IMG/VR virus record: IMGVR_UViG_3300025771_000129
Location: 1-29,207 of that record
Source: a virus
Taxonomy: Duplodnaviria > Caudoviricetes
Direction: 5' to 3' (one strand)
DNA: 29,207 nt
The position numbers and the translations under genes are program-made. This document shows, piece after piece, positions 1-6,526 of this stretch. Position 1 is the stretch's first letter. Each line of letters starts with the position of its first letter. The notes under the pieces were generated by a model, which was given only the letters and a program-made list of their open reading frames with translations, made no database searches and was not told the DNA's origin.

Positions 1-417
1 TGTATCTTTACTGGACTCCCTGTTCCAGAAATTGCAAAAGGCGCATTTGGACTAGAACGTAATGAGCAACAAGGACTCTTCGAACTCTCAAGACTCTGCA
101 TCCACCCCGATACTCAGCAGGGAGAGTATAATATCACTTCTTGGTTCGTTTCAAAGGCGATTAAGAGACTTAGAAAAGATACAGAAGTCAAAGCAATCAT
201 CTCATACGCTGATAGCGAGTATCATAGTGGCACAATCTATCGGGCTTGCAACTTTAGGTATTGTGGTCTATCAGAACCAAAGAAAGATTTCTACTTTTCA
301 GATGGCACCAAGCATTCCCGAGGTTCTGTTAAAGGGTGCGATGGAGAATGGAAAGATCGTTCCCGTAAACATAGGTATGTGATGGTGTTTGATAAATCTC
401 TAAATCTCTTATGGTGA
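1..417 (+). CDS. Mom-like DNA modification protein (GNAT-fold, Mu Mom family), 5'-truncated by the window edge
   Basis: Frame +1 is open from base 1 to TGA at 415-417 and is absent from the ORF track. It reads CIFTGLPVPEIAKGAFG...FELSRLCIHP...SWFVSKAIKRL...AIISYADSEYHSGTIYRACNFRYCG...RKHRYVMVF. The ELxRL, SYAD, GxIYxAxNF and KHRY motifs match the Mom family. The 3' end overlaps the convergent gp53 gene by 9 nt. Confidence 0.8.
   Translation, partial: CIFTGLPVPEIAKGAFGLERNEQQGLFELSRLCIHPDTQQGEYNITSWFVSKAIKRLRKDTEVKAIISYADSEYHSGTIYRACNFRYCGLSEPKKDFYFSDGTKHSRGSVKGCDGEWKDRSRKHRYVMVFDKSLNLLW
62..382 (+). CDS. Possible overprinted ORF (106 aa, one hydrophobic helix) nested in the Mom-like gene
   Basis: ATG-initiated ORF in frame +2. 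It has an amphipathic segment (LLGSFQRRLRDLEKIQK) and a TM-like segment (LIASIIVAQSIGLATLGIVVY). It could be a chance shadow ORF. Confidence 0.2.
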   Translation: MSNKDSSNSQDSASTPILSRESIISLLGSFQRRLRDLEKIQKSKQSSHTLIASIIVAQSIGLATLGIVVYQNQRKISTFQMAPSIPEVLLKGAMENGKIVPVNIGM

Positions 418-1056
418 TGTGTTGTAAGTATTTTCAGTTCTAATTGTTTTTTGATCGATGTATTGAGAAGATTCACTATAAAATAACTCTTTTCTCATAT
501 CTTTTAGTATCTGTTGTAAGTATGCTGGTTTTAGAATATAAATTAAAGACTTATTGTTATTTCTAATTGTTTCATACTCATAGTTACTAATTCCAATTAC
601 TGGATTTATAGTTTGGTCTCTTTTATCTGGATTTGGAATTGTAAAATTTGAGTTTACTTCTAAACCAGAATTAAGAATTAACCTTCCATTAGCATCTTTT
701 ACTTCAGTAGTTTCATAATGATGAATTGCATTTAAATTATTTCCATAAAGATTTTCGCAGTACTCATACAATTCTCTATTTGATAATGGCCATTGATCTC
801 TTATATTTGTTATTCCTGAGGTTATGATAACAACCCAATCATAGTTAACACTTCCATATACTTCTTCTGCTATTGTTTCTGGTCTTGCACCGTCAACAAT
901 TTCATACTTATCAAATAATGTAAACACATTTTGAAGATCATCTCTAATTTTAGCTCTTCTAAAAAAGTTTTTTACAAGAATATAATCTTGAGATGATTGC
1001 TTATCTGCTAAAAATGATTGATATTCTAAATTTGGAAGTTCTCTAAAATAAGACAT
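409..1056 (-). CDS. gp53: Baseplate wedge subunit gp53 (LysM-like)
   Basis: MSYFRELPNLEY N-terminus, LysM-like YEIVDGARPETIAEEVYG..YDWVV, QWPLS, IHHYET and ISNYEYE..NN..IYILKP motifs. Adjacent to gp48. Confidence 0.9.
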   Translation of the reverse strand: MSYFRELPNLEYQSFLADKQSSQDYILVKNFFRRAKIRDDLQNVFTLFDKYEIVDGARPETIAEEVYGSVNYDWVVIITSGITNIRDQWPLSNRELYEYCENLYGNNLNAIHHYETTEVKDANGRLILNSGLEVNSNFTIPNPDKRDQTINPVIGISNYEYETIRNNNKSLIYILKPAYLQQILKDMRKELFYSESSQYIDQKTIRTENTYNTSP

Positions 1057-1940
1057 TAGTATCCAACTCCTCCTGTTACTTCTGGACTATCATAATCAGT
1101 GGAATATATTGGAGACAGTTCTTGGAACTGCAAGTTCATAGTCATATGTATTGGTGTACCGTCATGATATGATGAATATTGACCAGAACCAGTATAGTCA
1201 ACACTCATATTTGTCAGAGCACATAATTTAAATTTGTTTAGGAATGGATGATCTTTACTTCCACGCATATATCTTAATTTAAATACTTTTGGTGCAGTAA
1301 CAAAAAATTCTGATACAGATTTACCTGGAAGCATACTTTTCTTCAAGGTTCTTATGATGTTTTTTATACTTGTACTTTCAGTAGCATTTCTGGGCATAAG
1401 ATCAAATGTGAAGTTGAATCCAGATCTTAATAAAACACCATTGAACAGTAACTCAACGTTTGGATTTACAACTTGTCCTGTTGCTCTTGATACTAAATCG
1501 TTTATATTTCCCTCTTTTCCTGCAAGAGCATTTACTGCTAATCCTGAAGCTGCTGCAGATGCTGCTTGTTGTCCAGATCCATCCTTTATTTCGCCTGTTA
1601 ATGAGTTAAAAACATTCTTTGCATTATCATATGCTGCACCCATACCACCACTAATAAGTTCATTTGCAGTTGCATATCCAGCTGCCATAAGAGAATTTAC
1701 AGTATCATCCCCCCAACTAGCACCGTGACCATCACTAATTGCTTTGGGTAGAGGTAAAATTATAGCACTTTGAGATAACAATAGTCCTCCAGCAGATGAG
1801 TCATCTCCAGATGTAAGAGATAGAATATTTTCTCCAGCAAATTTTAGACCAGGAGCTTTATACTCCTGAATGTTTATCATAAGATAGTCATCAAGTCTAC
1901 TTATAGGTTTTTCTGGATACCTGTATAACTCTAATGCCAT
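1056..1940 (-). CDS. gp48: Baseplate tail-tube cap gp48
   Basis: YRYP N-terminus, IILPLP..ISD, NPNVELLFNG..LR.FNFTFDLMPRN..E..I..II, and CALTNMSVDYT...LQFQEL. Typical T4-like position next to gp53. Confidence 0.8.
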   Translation of the reverse strand: MALELYRYPEKPISRLDDYLMINIQEYKAPGLKFAGENILSLTSGDDSSAGGLLLSQSAIILPLPKAISDGHGASWGDDTVNSLMAAGYATANELISGGMGAAYDNAKNVFNSLTGEIKDGSGQQAASAAASGLAVNALAGKEGNINDLVSRATGQVVNPNVELLFNGVLLRSGFNFTFDLMPRNATESTSIKNIIRTLKKSMLPGKSVSEFFVTAPKVFKLRYMRGSKDHPFLNKFKLCALTNMSVDYTGSGQYSSYHDGTPIHMTMNLQFQELSPIYSTDYDSPEVTGGVGY

Positions 1941-1953
1941 TTATTTTTTTAAT

Positions 1954-1961
1954 TATTTATG
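1954..1961 (-). promoter_or_regulatory. T4-type late promoter (CATAAATA) for gp48-gp53
   Basis: Matches the NATAAATA late consensus 13 nt upstream of the gp48 ATG and overlaps the upstream stop codon. Confidence 0.6.
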
Positions 1962-2553
1962 GACTATTTTGAACAAATAGAGCATAATTTACACCTCGCA
2001 ATGTGTTAAATTCTGATACTGTCATTTCAAAATATCCACTTCTAACTTCTGGTGTGGTATATTGCCTAAATGGACTTTGACCACCCCTAAGTTGCCAATG
2101 ATAATTAAATCCCATAAATCCATTTCCAACTGGTTCAGATGCCATTATCAATGGGTGGCGATCATATATTAAACCAGGAGTCTTTGCGCTGTATATGTAT
2201 GTATAATAATTTCCAACACTGGGGAAATCAACTTCAGTATCGCTAAGAGCCTTCATAATTGCTCTCATCAATTCAGATGGATTTTCAATACCAATTAAAT
2301 CTCTTCTTATTGATAAAATTCTATTTTCATCCTCAAATATTGCATCATCAAATCTTCTATCAGGATTTGATTTCTGATAATCGGCATCATATTTAATTTC
2401 ATGAATAAGTTGTGCCTTATTTAATCTGCTGTAGTTTGTACTTGTATTTCCAGATTCAGTTTTAAATGTAATATAATATGATCTAGCAATGTCCTGTAGT
2501 TCTGCTACAGTATATTCTTCTAAACTACCTCTCTCATGTCCTGTGAGTGCCAT
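1957..2553 (-). CDS. DNA end protector gp2-like protein with an N-terminal Rho_N/HeH-like helical domain
   Basis: The C-terminal GNYYTYIYSAKTP..YDRHPLI...GFMGFNYHW resembles the gp2 family. The N-terminal LEEYTVAELQDIAR...YSRLNKAQLIHEI resembles the Rho_N pattern. It is coupled to gp4 by a TAATG overlap, like T4 genes 4 and 2. Confidence 0.55.
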   Translation of the reverse strand: MALTGHERGSLEEYTVAELQDIARSYYITFKTESGNTSTNYSRLNKAQLIHEIKYDADYQKSNPDRRFDDAIFEDENRILSIRRDLIGIENPSELMRAIMKALSDTEVDFPSVGNYYTYIYSAKTPGLIYDRHPLIMASEPVGNGFMGFNYHWQLRGGQSPFRQYTTPEVRSGYFEMTVSEFNTLRGVNYALFVQNSP

Positions 2554-2990
2554 TACTTAATACCCAGTTCGTCTTCGGTGATTATTTTAAATTTCCATTG
2601 ACGATCTTCACAGAATTCTTGAGCAACTTTCCATTTTGCTTGATTTCTCACCCATTCAGTCACTTCATAGATGTAACCTTTAGTTTTTTTCTTTTGGACC
2701 TTTGGTTCAATCGTTTGTTTTTTTGGTTTAACTTCAATAATATACTTTTGTATTCTTCCATCATTCTCGCGGACTTTGATATAAAAATCTGGAAAATATC
2801 TATGGATTTTATTATCTAGTGGTGAACGATATGGGAGAGCAATTTCTTCACTTCCCCACTCAAGAATGTTTTCGTTTGTATCACAATATTTCATAAAACG
2901 GCGCTCCCACAAAGATCTATAAACAATATTTGTGGGATCGCCTTTATACTTTTGGGGATACGATGGTTGATATTTTCCTCTATATGCCAT
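2553..2990 (-). CDS. gp4: Head completion protein gp4 (TnsA-like PD-(D/E)xK nuclease fold)
   Basis: MAYRGKY.P.YP.KYKGDPTNIVYRSLWERRFM.YCD, WGSEE, YFPDF..IEVKP, NQAKW and F.IITEDEL motifs. Confidence 0.93.
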   Translation of the reverse strand: MAYRGKYQPSYPQKYKGDPTNIVYRSLWERRFMKYCDTNENILEWGSEEIALPYRSPLDNKIHRYFPDFYIKVRENDGRIQKYIIEVKPKKQTIEPKVQKKKTKGYIYEVTEWVRNQAKWKVAQEFCEDRQWKFKIITEDELGIK

Positions 2991-3031
2991 CTAAATAATT
3001 ATAATAAAAAAGAGTAGTCATAGGTATTTAG
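2991..3031. promoter_or_regulatory. Pair of opposed late-promoter-like CTAAATA boxes in the divergent gp4/gp54 spacer
   Basis: CTAAATA occurs at 2991-2997 on + and at 3025-3031 on - (TATTTAG on +). Each lies about 35 nt upstream of the gene it faces. Confidence 0.55.
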
Positions 3032-3032
3032 A

Positions 3033-3812
3033 GTGCCATTCCCAATACAACCAAGCACAGCGAAAAGATTATTTGGAAATTTAGCACAATCTTCTCACTA
3101 TGAAGTTAGATTTCAAATACCAAGTAGAGTAGTTTCATACTTGGCACGCCGTGGAGTGTCTCCATTTTACTGCACTAGTGATTTTGGTTTATTGTGCACA
3201 TCTACAATACTACCAACGTCTGCATTTGCAACTTCTGAAGTAACTCCATATGTTGGCATTCGCGAAAAAATTGCCCACACTAGAATGTATAATAATATTG
3301 TAATGGAGTTTTATGTTGATAGTAGATATGATACAATTAAAGTTTTAGAACACTGGATGGATTTTATTTCTAGTGGATCTGATAATGAGACTAATAAAAT
3401 TAGAAGTGATTATTACATACGGATGCAATATCCAGATGATTATAAATCCACTGAAACTAAAATTATAAAATTTGATAGAGATTATAGACGTGAAATTGAA
3501 TATACATTTAAAGGTATGTTCCCACAATCTCTCACATCTATACCAGTTTCTTATGCTGGATCTGATGTTTTAAAAGTATCTGCTACATTTGAATATGATA
3601 GGTACATTGCTGGCAAAACAACTAGTCTGTCTCTTTTTAGAATGGAGAATGAAAATAAAGATCCTACAAATAGACCATCAAGAATACCAATGAATGCTGG
3701 ACAATCCGGATTAACTGGAGTTGTTTATAGACCTGCTGATTTATCTCCAGCGGAAGCAATAGTTCAAGGTGAATTATACACCTCTTTAACTGGATCTCAA
3801 AAAGCAATCTAA
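3033..3812 (+). CDS. Tail-tube family protein (baseplate tail-tube initiator gp54 / gp19-like)
   Basis: GTG start. Motifs LA.SSHYEV, LLC....LP, KIAHTRMY....MEFYVD..Y..IK..E.W.DFI, YPDDYK and MFPQSL..IPVSY....VLKVSATFEY fit the tail-tube fold. Confidence 0.75.
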   Translation: MPFPIQPSTAKRLFGNLAQSSHYEVRFQIPSRVVSYLARRGVSPFYCTSDFGLLCTSTILPTSAFATSEVTPYVGIREKIAHTRMYNNIVMEFYVDSRYDTIKVLEHWMDFISSGSDNETNKIRSDYYIRMQYPDDYKSTETKIIKFDRDYRREIEYTFKGMFPQSLTSIPVSYAGSDVLKVSATFEYDRYIAGKTTSLSLFRMENENKDPTNRPSRIPMNAGQSGLTGVVYRPADLSPAEAIVQGELYTSLTGSQKAI

Positions 3813-3815
3813 ATA
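3809..3815 (+). promoter_or_regulatory. Late-promoter-like CTAAATA upstream of gp26
   Basis: Overlaps the stop of the preceding gene, 22 nt before ATG 3838. Confidence 0.5.
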
Positions 3816-3837
3816 TTTTTACATATTATAAAATATT

Positions 3838-4557
3838 ATGCCTTTACCAAAAGTATCTACGCCAACATATGAGTTGGAAATTCCTTCATTAAAAAAGAAA
3901 ATTAAGTACAGACCATTTCTTGTCAAGGAAGAAAAAATACTAATCATTGCTATGGAAAGTGATGATCCTAAGCAAATTGCATCTGCTGTAAAGGATGTTA
4001 TTGGAAATTGTATTCTGACAAGAGGAATTAAAGTTGATTCTCTTGCAACTTTTGATATTGAGTATCTGTTTTTAAATATTAGAGGTAAGTCTGTTGGTGA
4101 AACCGCAGATGTTTTAATTACATGTCCAGATGATGGAAAAACACAAGTTCCCATGAGTATTGATCTGGATGATATTAAAGTTGAAGTTAGTGATGATCAC
4201 ACTAGAGATATTAAGTTGGATGATGACTTAAGTGTGCGAATGAGGTATCCATCCATGAATGAATTTATTAAAAATAATTTTACAAATAAATCTGATATTA
4301 CCGTAGATGATACATTCTCTGTAATTTCTTCATGTATTGAACAAATTTACAATGAAGAGGAATCTTGGTCTGCAAAAGATTGCACTAAAAAAGAACTTGT
4401 TGAGTTTATTGAATCCTTGAGTTCAAAGCAGTTTAAACAGATTGAAAAGTTTTTTGATACCATGCCAAAGTTGAGGCATGTAATTAAAGTATTAAATCCA
4501 AATACTGGTGTTGAAAATGAAATAGTAATGGAGGGTTTAACGTCTTTTTTCGCCTAG
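3838..4557 (+). CDS. gp26: Baseplate hub subunit/assembly protein (T4 gp26/gp51 family)
   Basis: MPLPK..TPTYEL..PS....IKYRPFLVKEEKIL, FDIEYLFLNIRGKSVGE, MRYPS, KFFDTMPKL and a C-terminal EGLTSFF. Confidence 0.88.
   Translation: MPLPKVSTPTYELEIPSLKKKIKYRPFLVKEEKILIIAMESDDPKQIASAVKDVIGNCILTRGIKVDSLATFDIEYLFLNIRGKSVGETADVLITCPDDGKTQVPMSIDLDDIKVEVSDDHTRDIKLDDDLSVRMRYPSMNEFIKNNFTNKSDITVDDTFSVISSCIEQIYNEEESWSAKDCTKKELVEFIESLSSKQFKQIEKFFDTMPKLRHVIKVLNPNTGVENEIVMEGLTSFFA
4530..4551 (+). promoter_or_regulatory. Candidate -1 programmed ribosomal frameshift signal
   Basis: In-frame slippery heptamer T_TTT_TTC at 4545-4551, with SD-like GGAGG at 4530-4534, 10 nt upstream. The -1 frame is open into ORF 4560-4733. 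Confidence 0.6.
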
Positions 4558-4559
4558 CG

Positions 4560-4733
4560 ATGACACATGAAAATCTTGTGTCATATTATAAAATAAATTT
4601 TTCCTTGATTCAGCACCATAAATATTCATTGACGGATTTAGAAAATATGATTCCTTGGGAAAGGGAAATATATGTTTCTCTACTTCAACAATATATTGAA
4701 GAAGAAAATCTAAAGAACGGTAATGGCACCTAA
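4560..4733 (+). CDS. gp51: Short baseplate hub assembly catalyst gp51-like ORF (57 aa; not in the ORF track)
   Basis: MTHENLVSYYKINFSLIQHHKYSLTDLENMIPWEREIYVSLLQQYIEEENLKNGNGT. The YYK.NF.L.QHHKYSLT..ENMIPWER.IY pattern is the short cyanophage gp51 signature. Confidence 0.85.
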   Translation: MTHENLVSYYKINFSLIQHHKYSLTDLENMIPWEREIYVSLLQQYIEEENLKNGNGT

Positions 4734-6525
4734 TAACCCTCTACTTTCAAGTTCACCACTAAATCAACAATCCAGACAAGGTATTGTTGGATCTGGTGGT
4801 GCAGGATTTCAGGGAGTAGGTGCATCGGCAGCAGGATTTGTAACTCCTCAATCAACTGTAAGTGCTGAAGATATCAAAACTCTGCAAGTAACTGAGCAGA
4901 ATCAAGAAATTTTAAATGGAATTAATTTTGGTTTAAATGGAGTTAGGCAAGATATTAATTCTTTAAATAATGGTTTAGTTGAAATATCGACATTAATACA
5001 AAATGATGCCGCTAGTGAACAAAGATTCTTACTAAATGAACAGGAAAGAGAAAGAATATTATCTGAACAGGAAGTAAGAACTGGAAAAGAAAGTGTAATT
5101 GAGAAAAAGATTGATTCTGCATTTAGTTCAGCAGCTTCTAGGGTATCTACTAAAGTTAGAAGTTTATTTGATAGAGTCGGTCAGGCTATTCTTTATCTTT
5201 TTGGTGGTTGGATAGCAAATAAGTATGACGAATTACTAGAAGCAGAAGGTAAAGATAATGTAGATTTAGTCCAACAAATAAAATTGCAAATTGCTGAGGG
5301 ATCTAAAAGTTTCCTTAATGCATTCATATTACTTGGTGGTGGATTTTCAAAAGTAGTTAGTAAAATTCTTAGTCTTGGTAAAAATATAGGGTCGTTTTTA
5401 CTTAAAAAACCTTTTGAAGCTTTGTGGAACTTAGGATCATCAATTACTCGTAGATTTACTGGAAATAGGAGTTCCAACACTCCACCACCTTCTACACCAG
5501 GAGGACCAAAACCACAAGGTCCTAAATCTGGGGGACCTAAGATTTCAGGTGGATTTGGAACTGCTCTTTCTGCAGGTGCGGAAGCTTTAACTGGTAATTA
5601 TGTAGAGGCAGGTCTTGGTGCAGCAGCATTTATTCCTGGTTGGACAGGAAGAATTGCTAAGACTGCTTTTTGGGGTGAACAAGTACTTGATATGTTTGGG
5701 ATGGGATTTTTAGGAAATGAATCTGAAAAACCCAAAAAAGAATCAGAAGAACCTGCCATGATGGCTAAACCTGATACTGCAGGTGGTGAAGTTAAAGTGG
5801 AAGCAAATCCCACTAAACCTGATACTGCAGGTGGTGAAGTTAAAGTGGAAGCAAATCCCACTAAACCTGATACTACAGGTGGTGAAGTTAAAGTGGAAGC
5901 AAATCCCGCTAAACCTGATACTACAGGTGGTGAAGTTAAAGTGGAAGCAAATCCCGCCAAAGCAGATTTTAAAGAATTAAAGGAGGATGATAAAGAAGAA
6001 CGTTCTAGTAGTACTTCCTCCACAATTAATACTAGTGCTTTATTTAATAAAGACGATTCTGAAAAAGGAAATATATTTGGATTTGATACAAAATCATTAT
6101 TTTCTTCATCGTCAAGTGATTCTTCACAATCGTCCACAGAAAAAGCATCAGTAGAACCTCAAGAAAAAGCACTTCCAAATGTAGGTGCATCTGAACAAAG
6201 TTCTCCAGAAATGAATACACAGGAAGATCCTGATTCATCTGATGCTGCACGATATATTGAGGCGGAAAAAAATATAAATGCTCCTCCAGTTGTTGCAAGT
6301 TCCGAAAATGTGCAAGCACCACCAAAAGAAGTAACTCCTTTACCAGAATTAAAAGAACCACCAGTTCAGGTAGTAAGTATGAATTCTGGTGGATCACAAA
6401 GTCCAATGCCAGTTAGTATTCCTGGATCTGATGAGTCAATAACAGATATTCCTTTGATTTCATCTTCAAATCCAGAAAACTTCTATACATTATATTCATT
6501 GCATTCTTACAATGTGGTAGTATAA
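4723..6525 (+). CDS. Tape-measure-like / tail-associated protein (600 aa)
   Basis: N-terminal coiled coil, Gly-rich hydrophobic helices, and a low-complexity acidic C-half with 16-aa repeats. It lies directly after gp26/gp51. The function is inferred from position. Confidence 0.5.
   Translation: MAPNNPLLSSSPLNQQSRQGIVGSGGAGFQGVGASAAGFVTPQSTVSAEDIKTLQVTEQNQEILNGINFGLNGVRQDINSLNNGLVEISTLIQNDAASEQRFLLNEQERERILSEQEVRTGKESVIEKKIDSAFSSAASRVSTKVRSLFDRVGQAILYLFGGWIANKYDELLEAEGKDNVDLVQQIKLQIAEGSKSFLNAFILLGGGFSKVVSKILSLGKNIGSFLLKKPFEALWNLGSSITRRFTGNRSSNTPPPSTPGGPKPQGPKSGGPKISGGFGTALSAGAEALTGNYVEAGLGAAAFIPGWTGRIAKTAFWGEQVLDMFGMGFLGNESEKPKKESEEPAMMAKPDTAGGEVKVEANPTKPDTAGGEVKVEANPTKPDTTGGEVKVEANPAKPDTTGGEVKVEANPAKADFKELKEDDKEERSSSTSSTINTSALFNKDDSEKGNIFGFDTKSLFSSSSSDSSQSSTEKASVEPQEKALPNVGASEQSSPEMNTQEDPDSSDAARYIEAEKNINAPPVVASSENVQAPPKEVTPLPELKEPPVQVVSMNSGGSQSPMPVSIPGSDESITDIPLISSSNPENFYTLYSLHSYNVVV
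5767..5958 (+). repeat. 4 x 48-bp in-frame tandem repeat encoding KPDT(A/T)GGEVKVEANP(T/A)
   Basis: Units start at 5767, 5815, 5863 and 5911. They are nearly identical and have no spacers. Confidence 0.97.
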
Positions 6526-6526
6526 T

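Noticed and set aside
2553-2990. TnsA-like nuclease as a sign of a transposon or homing endonuclease
   Set aside because: Sequence and position match core T4-like gp4; no terminal repeats or other transposition genes are present.
5767-5958. Possible CRISPR array
   Set aside because: The units are contiguous 48-bp repeats with no unique spacers, in frame within a CDS, and no cas genes are present.
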